Assembly: GCA_964291655.2 (NCBI GenBank)
Contig: OZ219802.1
Location: 2,464,001 to 2,528,000, forward strand
DNA length: 64,000 nt
Direction: 5' to 3'
From: Chloroflexota bacterium
GTDB lineage: Bacteria; Chloroflexota; UBA11872; VXOZ01
The first letter of the stretch is position 1, and every line of letters begins with the position of its first letter. Below are positions 19,525 to 28,455 of the stretch, in pieces. Position numbers and translations under genes: made by a program. The notes under the pieces are model-generated. The model was not told the origin of the DNA. It searched no databases and worked only from the letters and a program-made list of their open reading frames with translations.

Positions 19525-20721
19525 ATGGTCAGACGTGAAATCACTCCCCGTCTCATTAGCCTGTTCAAGCAATACCCTTTTGTGATTATGACCGGCCCGC
19601 GTCAATCTGGGAAGACGACGCTGTGCCGCTCGGTTTTCCCTAACTTGGCATACATAAATCTTGAAGCACCCGACCAACGTGAGTTTGCAGAGTCAGATCC
19701 GAGAGCATTTCTCGCGCGGCTTGACGGTGGCGCGATACTCGACGAGATTCAGCGCGTGCCAAGTCTCCTGTCGTACCTGCAAGTAAACGCAGATGAGAAG
19801 AGGCGCAACAGCCTCTTTGTGCTGACTGGCAGCGAGCAATTCCGGCTCTCAGATGCCATAAGCCAGTCGTTGGCAGGACGGACGGCATTGCTGCGGCTAT
19901 TGCCGTTCTCTTTGGCCGAGCGAAAACAGACAGGGGCAAGCATCGAAGTGGATGACATCCTCTTTTCGGGGTTCTATCCGCGCATTCACGACCATGGACT
20001 GGACCCGCATCAGGCCCTTGGCGACTATTTCGAGACCTATGTTGAGCGTGACGTGCGGCGAATAGGAGAGATTCGCAACCTAACCAGTTTTCAACGATTT
20101 GTGCGCCTGTGCGCCGGACGTGTGGGACAATTGGTCAATCTCTCATCGCTGGGGGCTGACGCGGGGGTCTCACACACGACCGCACGCCAATGGCTCACGG
20201 TGTTGGAAGCCAGCTACATTGTATTCCAGTTGCAGCCGTTTCACTCCAACGCGCAGAAACGACTGATCAAGTCACCGAAGCTCTATTTCTACGACGTTGG
20301 GCTGGTGAGCTATCTCATTGGCATTGAAAACTCTAAGCAGATAGCGACGCACCCCTTGCGTGGACCTCTCTTCGAGAATGCAGTCGTCTTGGAAGCCCTC
20401 AAGCACCGGTTCAATCGCGGCCTGCAATCCAATCTTTCGTTTTTCCGCAACGTCCAGGGTCTGGAATGTGACCTTTTCTACGAGACCGGGCAGGGCATCG
20501 GAGCCATTGAGATAAAGTCCGGTGCTACCGTTGCTTCAGACTATTTCAATTCTCTCAATCGCGTTGCCAAGCGGATGCCAGACGTTACTGCTAAGTTTGT
20601 CGTGTTCGGCGGCACGGATCGCCAATCACGCACCAATGGGGAGGTTATTCCCTTGGGTGACTTCGGTGGTGTTCTTGAACGCTTGGAAGTCGCGCAAGCG
20701 TTTGGCGGCACTGTGGAATAG
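19525..20721 (+). CDS. AAA_14 ATPase with DUF4143 and C-terminal nuclease-like motif
   Basis: GPRQSGKTT, LDEIQ, LTGS, 'KSPKLYFYDVG', 'GPLFEN' and 'ECD....IEIKS' motifs. Confidence 0.88.
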   Translation: MVRREITPRLISLFKQYPFVIMTGPRQSGKTTLCRSVFPNLAYINLEAPDQREFAESDPRAFLARLDGGAILDEIQRVPSLLSYLQVNADEKRRNSLFVLTGSEQFRLSDAISQSLAGRTALLRLLPFSLAERKQTGASIEVDDILFSGFYPRIHDHGLDPHQALGDYFETYVERDVRRIGEIRNLTSFQRFVRLCAGRVGQLVNLSSLGADAGVSHTTARQWLTVLEASYIVFQLQPFHSNAQKRLIKSPKLYFYDVGLVSYLIGIENSKQIATHPLRGPLFENAVVLEALKHRFNRGLQSNLSFFRNVQGLECDLFYETGQGIGAIEIKSGATVASDYFNSLNRVAKRMPDVTAKFVVFGGTDRQSRTNGEVIPLGDFGGVLERLEVAQAFGGTVE

Positions 20722-20745
20722 AACTTGGGATTGACGCCGACTACG

Positions 20746-21588
20746 CTATTTGTCGCTGCCTAGCTCCAAGGCATCAATGAGCCGCGTGGCGCCGATGCGG
20801 ACGGCGAGTGAGGCGAGGGCCGGTCCCGCGATGGTGGCTAGCTCTACCATGGTATCGTCGTCGGCGATGCTTACGTAGTCCACGTTTGCCAGCGGTTCGC
20901 AGGCCAGCACCGTTCGCATTGCGGCACGCAAGGCGTCGGCGTCGCGTTCTCCCGCGATAAATCGCCTTTCTGCTTCTTGCAACGAACGATAGACTACTCT
21001 TGCCGCTTGGCGTTCGTGCGGTTTCAGATGGACGTTCCGGCTTGCAAAGGCGAGGCCATCCGGTTCCCGTACCGTTGCAACCGGCACTATGGTAGTGGGG
21101 ATGTCGAGGTCGCGAACCATGCGTTGCAACACGCGGAGTTGCTGAGCGTCTTTGCGGCCCAAGTAAGCGCGGTGAGGCTGCGTGATGTTGAGCAGCTTGC
21201 AGACAACCGTGGTGACGCCCCGGAAGTGGCCGGGCCGCGCTGCCCCCTCCAAGCTGTCAGTAAGATTCTCGACCTCAACGAATGAGCTGAAGTCTTTCGC
21301 GTACATTGTTCCAGCTTCCGGCGCGAATACGACGTCTACGCCCCATGATTCGAACATGGCAAGGTCGCGGGACAGGTCGCGGGGGTAGGTAGCAAAGTCC
21401 TCATTCGAGCCGAATTGCAGAGAGTTTACGAATAGCGTCGCCCAACAGTGGTCGTTTTGGGTTCGGGCGGCGTGCACCAACGCCATGTGGCCGGCGTGCA
21501 AATACCCCATGGTCGGCACAAGTCCGACGCTGCCTAGCGCTTCCTGGCGGGCGGCGCGTACTGCTGGGATCGTGCGCAGAATCTGCAT
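20746..21588 (-). CDS. panC: Pantoate-beta-alanine ligase
   Basis: PTMGYLHAGH, RPGHFRGV, 'REPDGLA.ASRN' and TRLID motifs. Confidence 0.97.
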   Translation of the reverse strand: MQILRTIPAVRAARQEALGSVGLVPTMGYLHAGHMALVHAARTQNDHCWATLFVNSLQFGSNEDFATYPRDLSRDLAMFESWGVDVVFAPEAGTMYAKDFSSFVEVENLTDSLEGAARPGHFRGVTTVVCKLLNITQPHRAYLGRKDAQQLRVLQRMVRDLDIPTTIVPVATVREPDGLAFASRNVHLKPHERQAARVVYRSLQEAERRFIAGERDADALRAAMRTVLACEPLANVDYVSIADDDTMVELATIAGPALASLAVRIGATRLIDALELGSDK

Positions 21589-21629
21589 GTGAGCGTGCTT
21601 CGTGGTTGTGGGCGGCTGGGAGCGCCTTT

Positions 21630-21850
21630 GATCTCGTGCGCGGAACGCGTAACTCGTCCTTCGACAGGCTCAAAGCCTGCCCCGTGCTCGATACAGCGTA
21701 TCGACACGATACGGGGGCGAACGGGACTCAACGATTTCGTGCGCGGAACGCGTCTCTTGCCCTTTCGACAGGCTCAGAGCCTGCCCCGTACTCGATACAG
21801 CGTATCGACACGATACGGGGGCGAACGGGTCTTTTACTCTCGTGCGCAGA
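21630..21850. repeat. Two tandem ~103-bp composite palindromic units between panB and panC
   Basis: Units start at 21630 and 21733: CTTCGACAGGCTCA..CCTGCCCCGT.CTCGATACAGCGTATCGACACGATACGGGGGCGAACGG; inverted copy at 62450-62502. Confidence 0.85.
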
Positions 21851-21862
21851 GTGGACACCCCA

Positions 21863-22735
21863 TTAGTCTTCGTCAGAGGCTGTTACTAGCGTCTCTTTGC
21901 GTAAGGCTCGCGCGACTTCGTTGGGCAGCATAAAACTGTGTTCACGCGTGGGAAACGTCCCGCTTTCAACGTCCTGCACGTAGTGGCTCACCGCTGCGCG
22001 CATTTCGTCTCCCAATTTCGCGTATGCCTTGGCATGCCGCGGGTGCACGGCGTGTGGATTCAACCCGAGGAGGTCGTGCAAGACCTGTATTTGACCGTCG
22101 CAGTGGACGCCCGCGCCGATGCCGATCGTGGGGATGGAAATAGACTCCGTAATCTTCTGCGCTAGCGTCGCCGGAATGCTCTCGAGGACTAGGGCAAAGG
22201 CACCGGCGCGTTCAAGGGCAAGTGCATCGCTTTGGAGTTCTTCCGCTTCGGCCAGCGTGCGCCCCTGGGCACGGTAGCCGCCAAGTTGGTGCACCGACTG
22301 TGGTGTGAGGCCCAGGTGTCCCATCACCGGAATGCCGGCATCCACCAAATGCGCCGTTACGGTGACGGTTTGCTTGCCGCCTTCCAGCTTTACGCCTTGT
22401 GCGCCACCCTCCTGGATCAATTGCCCGGCATTGAGCAGCGCTCGCTCGTTTGATACCTGGTAGGACAGGAAAGGCATATCGGCGATCACAATGGCGCGGC
22501 GCGTACCGCGCACCACGGCCTGGGTGTGGCGCAGAATGTCGTCCACGGTAACCGGCAGGGTATTCTCATAGCCCAACACCGTGTTGCCCAAACTGTCACC
22601 CACAAGAATTGCGGGCACACCGGCAGCTTCGACAAAGTGCGCCATCGGGGCGTCGTATGCCGTCAGCATCACGATTCTGCGCCCTTCCGCCTTCATCTGT
22701 TTTAGGTCGGCGGTGGTAACGCGCTGGGTACTCAT
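21863..22735 (-). CDS. panB: 3-methyl-2-oxobutanoate hydroxymethyltransferase
   Basis: LTAYD, LVGDSLG, VKLEGG, GHLGLTPQ and IGIGAG motifs. Confidence 0.98.
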   Translation of the reverse strand: MSTQRVTTADLKQMKAEGRRIVMLTAYDAPMAHFVEAAGVPAILVGDSLGNTVLGYENTLPVTVDDILRHTQAVVRGTRRAIVIADMPFLSYQVSNERALLNAGQLIQEGGAQGVKLEGGKQTVTVTAHLVDAGIPVMGHLGLTPQSVHQLGGYRAQGRTLAEAEELQSDALALERAGAFALVLESIPATLAQKITESISIPTIGIGAGVHCDGQIQVLHDLLGLNPHAVHPRHAKAYAKLGDEMRAAVSHYVQDVESGTFPTREHSFMLPNEVARALRKETLVTASDED

Positions 22736-23607
22736 AGTGTTCCTCGGTTCTTGAGCATCGCGCTGAGATGTGACTGTAACTCTCGTGCGACAGCATCTCT
22801 GCCAGCGGTTGATGCGAGATTATTGTATATCATCGCGAGTGCCATTGCAGCGTAGGTGAACGAATGTTGCGGTGCAGTGGCGGCTATGGCTTCAAGGTTC
22901 TTCTCTACTGTTGCCCAATCCCCACGTGCCACGGGGCCTGTGAGCGCCTCCGCGGGGCCGAGTCGGCGGAGGTTATGCACGGTGCCTTGCAGCAACGGCG
23001 TCAAAGCCTGGAGGGCTTCCGTCTCGGGCTTTCCCATCGCCTGCCAAAGCGCGACACCGGCTTGAGTCAGGGCTACCGAGTAATTTGAAACCAGCACCGC
23101 AGCGGCGTGATAAGCGGGTCGCGCATCAGGAGGCACGTAGCCCCACGTGCACGCAAGGTCGGCAGCTATGGCCGCCAGCCGCCCGAGAAGCGGCTCTTTC
23201 GCCTCAATAGCCACGAATGAGCCGGGCAGGTTTGTGAAGGCCGCTTGTGAGTCCGGGAGCGTCTGCAGGGGATGGAACGCGCCGGGCATGGCGCCGTTGC
23301 GTGCGACTGCGCCGAGAGCGGAAGCCGGTAGCGCGCCGCTGCAATGGACCACGCCTTGTCCCTCCCGCCAGTCTGCGGCGCAGGCAACTTCGCCTATGGC
23401 GTCGTCAGGGGTGGTAATGAAAACCAAATCACAGTAGTCCGCAACACCTTGTGCGGTGGTCGACTCACAGGCAGGCAGGGCAGCGGCGAGCAGTTCGGCA
23501 TGAACAGGGGTCTTGCCGGCTACGGCGCGAACGGCGTAGCCTCGTTCGGCAAGAAGTCGTGCTAGCCCTGTACCTACGCGTCCGGGCCCGATCACGCCAA
23601 TGTTCAT
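22732..23607 (-). CDS. Rossmann-like plus DUF2520 protein (PanG-type ketopantoate reductase candidate)
   Basis: GPGRVG, HCSGA, FHPLQT, YHAAAV and LTGPVARGD motifs; coupled to panB. An upstream start at 23709 is also possible. Confidence 0.85.
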   Translation of the reverse strand: MNIGVIGPGRVGTGLARLLAERGYAVRAVAGKTPVHAELLAAALPACESTTAQGVADYCDLVFITTPDDAIGEVACAADWREGQGVVHCSGALPASALGAVARNGAMPGAFHPLQTLPDSQAAFTNLPGSFVAIEAKEPLLGRLAAIAADLACTWGYVPPDARPAYHAAAVLVSNYSVALTQAGVALWQAMGKPETEALQALTPLLQGTVHNLRRLGPAEALTGPVARGDWATVEKNLEAIAATAPQHSFTYAAMALAMIYNNLASTAGRDAVARELQSHLSAMLKNRGTL

Positions 23608-23705
23608 CGCTGTCAACCCTGGGAAGCGATGCGCTGCATTAAGTGGGAGAAGTCTAACGCCATCGCCGAATTCAAACCTGGTACGTGGAGGACTGCTACC
23701 GGCGG

Positions 23706-24236
23706 TCACCGGATCATGGCATCAATGCGGTCGCCGATGACTTCCAGCGTCTGTATGGGAAAAGTGCCCGTTTCCACGATGTTCTTGAGATCAGCCAGGA
23801 GGGTCTTGACTTCCTCGATCTGCTCAATCTGACCGAGAGAGCCCAATTTGGCCGCGGCGTTGAGCGATCGCTCCACTTCGGCCAGTTCGCGCACTGCAAG
23901 CCCGCTCTGGCGCTCCCGCAGATGCACTCGCGCGCGGCTGATGCGCACGGACGCTCGCAAGAGATGGTTCTGGAATTGCAGCACTGCGACCTGCTGATTG
24001 AGAGCATCTGTCCGCTCCTCAACGCCGGAGACGCGCAAATCCACTAGGCTAGTGACCTGCGCCGCGTTCTGCGCTTGGTCGGCTGCGGTCTGTATGGTGG
24101 GACGGTCGCGCCAAAGGAGAATGCCGAGCGCCAGGGCCGCTACGCCTGCGGCAACGCCGATCAAGGCGAGCGCTAGTGTGATTACTCTGATCCAGCTTCC
24201 GAGCCGGGCTGCCAAAGATGTTTTCGCATTTGCCAT
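23706..24236 (-). CDS. Hypothetical membrane-anchored coiled-coil protein
   Basis: N-terminal TM segment followed by helical sequence; RBS AGGAG. Confidence 0.7.
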   Translation of the reverse strand: MANAKTSLAARLGSWIRVITLALALIGVAAGVAALALGILLWRDRPTIQTAADQAQNAAQVTSLVDLRVSGVEERTDALNQQVAVLQFQNHLLRASVRISRARVHLRERQSGLAVRELAEVERSLNAAAKLGSLGQIEQIEEVKTLLADLKNIVETGTFPIQTLEVIGDRIDAMIR

Positions 24237-24609
24237 GCTGTGGTTCTGCTCCTAGAGGGGGGGGGGTGGGACGACATGAAGTCTACCCTTAAAGCATACC
24301 AAAGTGCGGCAGGAATGCGTACGGAACGAAGGGCGAGTGAACGTGCGTTGCGGAACAGTGACCCTCGTCACTCGGGCGCAGGCCGGAGACCGGAAAGTGA
24401 GAGGAGAACGGCGTCCAGCGGAGAACGGACTGATGGATTCTAACGTCCTCTGCATTCCATAGCAATGATCCGGAGCCATGACACTGGCAACGAATCAGTC
24501 AAGTCTGGAGTGTTTGACGGTCACCGTGTGTCTACGCTGTGGGGAAGAGTCACCTGCCACTGCTATTGCTCTGTGCATAATGGCAATAGCGACCGTGTCG
24601 AGACCGGCT

Positions 24610-25122
24610 CTACTCGTTCTGCGGTTCCAGCGGCATGGCATAGAACACCTGACGTGCCACTTCCTCGAAGCCAAGGTCGGGGTAGAGGTGGAGGCCGATG
24701 GGATTCTGGTCCAGGGTTTCGATGCGGGCAAGAGATAACTTCTGGTCGCGAAAGTACTGGATGCAGTGCTCCAGCATTTTACGGCCGATCCCCTTGCCGC
24801 GAAGCTTCTCGTCTACTGCCATATCAGGAATCTGCCCGGCGCTGTTTCTGCGATTGATGCGCGTCGTGGCAAAGGCTATAACTTCACCGTCGTGTTCGGC
24901 CACAAAACAGTCTTCGGGATGATCGGTGAGATCCATGGCTACCATGGGCCATTTGCGTTCGCCCCATGGGAGCGGCAAGAGGCCGGGCCAGGACTTTTCG
25001 ATATTGTGCTCGATGCTCACGCCGGAAAAGGCGGCGATGGTGAGTTCCTTTACGCGCGCTTCGTCTTCCGGCCGATACGTTCGTATGCTCATTTCATCTA
25101 GGAATTTCTCGTCAACTGGCAT
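24610..25122 (-). CDS. GNAT-family N-acetyltransferase
   Basis: 'AVDEKLRGKGIGRKML' motif A; 'N..GLHLYPDLGF'. Confidence 0.9.
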   Translation of the reverse strand: MPVDEKFLDEMSIRTYRPEDEARVKELTIAAFSGVSIEHNIEKSWPGLLPLPWGERKWPMVAMDLTDHPEDCFVAEHDGEVIAFATTRINRRNSAGQIPDMAVDEKLRGKGIGRKMLEHCIQYFRDQKLSLARIETLDQNPIGLHLYPDLGFEEVARQVFYAMPLEPQNE

Positions 25123-25301
25123 TATTCACCGTCCAGATATTCTCTGTTTTCTTCGACTTCCTGACCCTTGCCGGTTTAAGCAGCGTGTCGTTTCGGCTGC
25201 GGTGGCAATTCGTAGAGACGTCGCCACATACTTTGACGCCCAAGCTGCATTGTTTTGCGTGGCCATGTCCGGTTTGTTGAAATTTTCGCGGAACCGTACC
25301 T

Positions 25302-25655
25302 AGCGGGGGGCAAGCCCCGATGCGGTCGCATTGACCACCCAGGCAAGGAGCATGGCGTTCTCAGTGCCCCAACATCTTCGGTAGCGCAGGCCCTTCGACA
25401 GGCTCAGGACACGTTTACAACCTGCGTCTGCGGCAGGGTCGATTGTTGTACGCCCTTTTTGCTAAGGCGACACCGTTGGGGAATACGTCCCGTGCCGCTT
25501 ATTCGAGCGGGGGACAAGCCCCCGCGCTACAGTGGCAATCTCCGCCAAACAAGTGACCGGACCCCGCCAATAATGGGAAGAGTCACCCCATCCATCATCC
25601 CCGTACCTTCCGACAATCCCGTACCATCCGTCATTCCCGCGAAAGCGGGAATCCA
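25302..25655. repeat. Intergenic cluster of several palindromic repeat families, including a nested insertion at 25381-25426
   Basis: GTAG-REPs at 25302 and 25506; GTAGCGCAGG[23 bp]TTTACAACCTGCG; CCGTCATTCCCGCGAAAGCGGGAATCCA at 25628-25655 preceded by degenerate 18-bp copies. Confidence 0.8.
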
Positions 25656-25800
25656 TCCGCTCTGCTTCATCTAGAGTCGCTACAGTCGCAAGCCACGTGC
25701 AACACCAGGAGATTACGTCACCTTCGAATCACTATCTATAGTGAGAGACGACTGCGAACCAATGTGCGTGGTCCCCTCCATACAGCGGGATCCGTGTTTA

Positions 25801-26550
25801 TCAGACTCCCCTGCCGCCGTCGATGACGAGCGTTTGGCCGGTTACCCACTCGGCGTTGCAGATGAGGTAGTGTGTCGCGCTGGCGATGTCCTCCGGCGTG
25901 CCCAGGCGCTGCGTAATGGTGGACTGGCGAATCTCCTCATTGCGTTCGGGGTGACCTTCCGTCCAGCGCGTATAGATAAGACCGGGCGCTACGCTATTCA
26001 CAAGAATCTCCGGGCCGAGGGCGGCGGCCATCGACTTGGTAAGAGCAATCATGGCGGCTTTGGATGCGGCATACGGCACCGAACTCCCGCCACCGGTAAT
26101 GCCGGCTACTGAGGAGATGTTGACAATGCGGCCGCTGCCCTGCGCCTTCATGATGGGCGTGACCGCACGGATACCGTAGAACGCGCCTTTCACGTTGACG
26201 GCAAAGATGCGGTCCCATAGTTCGTCCGTCAGCTTGTCGAGTTCGGTATGTTTGATGAACTGCGTATACCCGGCGTTGTTTACGAGGGCGTCCACGCGTC
26301 CGAAAGAATCATGGGCGAACGCCACCATCTCTTTGACCTTGTCTTCGTCGGCCACGTCGGCCTTGAAGGTTACGCCCTGGCCGCCTGCCGCGGTAGCGTC
26401 GCGGGCAGTCTGTTCGGCTTCCTTTTCAGATCTGGAGTAGTTGACGACGACACTCGCCCCTTCGCGCGCGAGCGATAGGCAGACGGCACGGCCGATGCCG
26501 GTTGCGCCGCCGGTGACAATAGCGCTTTTTCCCTCTAATTGCATAGACAC
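25801..26550 (-). CDS. Short-chain dehydrogenase/reductase (FabG-like)
   Basis: TGGATGIG, NNAG, YAASK and IDGG motifs. Confidence 0.92.
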   Translation of the reverse strand: MSMQLEGKSAIVTGGATGIGRAVCLSLAREGASVVVNYSRSEKEAEQTARDATAAGGQGVTFKADVADEDKVKEMVAFAHDSFGRVDALVNNAGYTQFIKHTELDKLTDELWDRIFAVNVKGAFYGIRAVTPIMKAQGSGRIVNISSVAGITGGGSSVPYAASKAAMIALTKSMAAALGPEILVNSVAPGLIYTRWTEGHPERNEEIRQSTITQRLGTPEDIASATHYLICNAEWVTGQTLVIDGGRGV

Positions 26551-26557
26551 ATTCTCC

Positions 26558-26935
26558 TTAGCGAATGATGAACCAGAGTCCGGCCATAAGCAGCAACCCT
26601 ATCCAACAGGTTGCCAGCATGAGCATGCGGGCGGCAAAGGGACTGTCCTTCACGAGGAATGCAATCACCGCACCGTTGAAGATTGTCAGTAACGTCACAC
26701 CGAGCGGCAAACGATAGAGATAGACCTTGTTGGCCACCAGATCGGCTTGTCCCTGCGCGTTGAAGAGAATGGGCAGCCGTTCCGGGAGCTCCGGGAAGAT
26801 GGTCAATATGGCCCCGAGCAAGGCGAGGTTGATCAGCACGGCAAGGACTAGCAGAAAGTAGAACGCTTTGTCCTTCCAAAACCGGTAGGTAGGGGCAAGC
26901 TCAGTCTCTAGGTTGCCGTGTGTCTGCTCTGCCAT
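26558..26935 (-). CDS. Small 3-TM membrane protein (DUF1648-like)
   Basis: 'LPERLPILFNAQGQAD' resembles DUF1648; RBS GAGGAGG. Confidence 0.7.
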   Translation of the reverse strand: MAEQTHGNLETELAPTYRFWKDKAFYFLLVLAVLINLALLGAILTIFPELPERLPILFNAQGQADLVANKVYLYRLPLGVTLLTIFNGAVIAFLVKDSPFAARMLMLATCWIGLLLMAGLWFIIR

Positions 26936-27088
26936 CCTGCCTCCTCGCCGGCGTCTCCCGAGACGCGTGTGCCATTTTGTCACAGCGTGCAATCCGAGCA
27001 TGCGGCGAAATGGCGATACGGAGTGATCGAGCTTGTGGCGAGGCTGGACGCTTAACTACCGTAGGGAGCAAGCGGACGTCACCTGCTC

Positions 27089-28069
27089 CTACCCTACGCT
27101 GGCGCCAACAGGGTAGACGGCAGCGCACCAGTCGCTGTACTTCGGACTGCGGTTGCGCACCGCTTTAAAGAAGACCTCTTGGAGGCGGGCCGCTACCGGG
27201 CCGATTTCGCCGCTGCCGATAGTCCTGCCGTCCACCTCGCCAATGGCCGAAATCTGTGCGGCCGTGCCGGTAAAGAAGAGTTCATCGGCGATGTAGAGCT
27301 CGGAACGCGCGATGCGCCGTTCCACCACTTCTATGCCGAGTTCTTCCCTGGCCAGAGTCATCACCGCGTGGCGTGTGATGCCCTCCAGAATATTGGAATC
27401 CGGTCCGGTGGTAATGAGCTTGCCATCGCGCAACATGAAGATATTTTCGCCGGGGCCCTCCGAAACCGAGCCGTCGCCGTTCAACATGATGGCTTCGTCG
27501 AAGCCCAATTCCTTGGCTTGAGAGGTAGCGAGGGCGGAATTGATGTAGAGACCCGTCACCTTGGCGCGGGGCGGTATCACGTTGTCGTCGATGCGCCGCC
27601 ACGGTGAGATGGTGACGCGGATCGGCTTGTCCAGGTCTAAGTATGCCCCAAAAGGCACGGTAAACATGAAGAAGTCGTCGGGGACGTGCTCCAACTCGCC
27701 GTCAGGAGCCGTGCGCACCAGCGAAAGTCCCACCTGCTCGGCGCTCTTGTAAACGAGCGGTCGCACGTACACGTCTTCCCTGTAGCCGGACTTTGCCACG
27801 AGGTCGCACGCAAGCTGCGTGAGCTCTTCGGGGCTGAGACGTACCTTCATGCGCAAGATGTGCGCCGAACGATGCAGGCGTTCGAAGTGCTCACGCGCGC
27901 GAAAGAGATAGACCTGCTCATCTTCCGGCACCCAATAGCCCCGAATGCCCTCAAAGCAGCCGGTGCCGTAGTTGAGCGCGTGAGTCATGATGCCTACTTT
28001 GGCGTCACCAAGCGGCACCACATTCCCTTCAAAATACGCGAACGGTTCTCCCACAACCGACCTCCTCAT
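27089..28069 (-). CDS. ilvE: Branched-chain amino acid aminotransferase
   Basis: HALNYGTGCFEGIR, AKVTGLY, EGPGENIF, LEGITR and FTGTAA motifs. Confidence 0.95.
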   Translation of the reverse strand: MRRSVVGEPFAYFEGNVVPLGDAKVGIMTHALNYGTGCFEGIRGYWVPEDEQVYLFRAREHFERLHRSAHILRMKVRLSPEELTQLACDLVAKSGYREDVYVRPLVYKSAEQVGLSLVRTAPDGELEHVPDDFFMFTVPFGAYLDLDKPIRVTISPWRRIDDNVIPPRAKVTGLYINSALATSQAKELGFDEAIMLNGDGSVSEGPGENIFMLRDGKLITTGPDSNILEGITRHAVMTLAREELGIEVVERRIARSELYIADELFFTGTAAQISAIGEVDGRTIGSGEIGPVAARLQEVFFKAVRNRSPKYSDWCAAVYPVGASVG

Positions 28070-28455
28070 GAGCCCTCTAGCGCAAATGCTTACGCTCTAT
28101 CATGCTACATTTGTGGAGTCTGTGTAAACCCTGTGCATGCTGTCCTGTACAAGGGCGTTAGAACCAGTGTTGGCAGAATCCTCACTCTACAAAAGAACGT
28201 TGAGAGAATCTGTCATTCCTGTAGATGTCAGGCAATTCGTTGACAGAATCAATGTTAGGAACGTGAAGACTATTCGCCCTGCATGCCCCCACACACATTT
28301 CATTCCGATCGGAGCGCAGCGCAGTGTCGCTCTGAGCGCGGAATCTGGGATCATAGCTATGCTCTCTTGCTCAGTCTTGAGCCCTAGAATTCGTGCGCTT
28401 AACCACACCATCCTGCACTCCGTCCGGCATGGCGTTCTCTGCCACTGAGCCTTCG

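Noticed and set aside
21589-21933. ORFs in repeat-rich spacers (also 25255-25674, 40478-40885, 50799-51074)
   Set aside because: They are translations of palindromic repeats (e.g. LRQAQ, VIPAKAGI, GDKPPRY), not credible genes.
28160-28251. Recurring TTG(G/A)CAGAATC motif (also near 5797 and 17991) as an operator or MITE end
   Set aside because: Too short and degenerate, with irregular spacing; cannot be distinguished from chance by eye.
28187-28411. RiPP precursor downstream of the ABC pair
   Set aside because: No RBS or leader motif, overlaps a degenerate palindromic repeat, and no modifying enzymes nearby.
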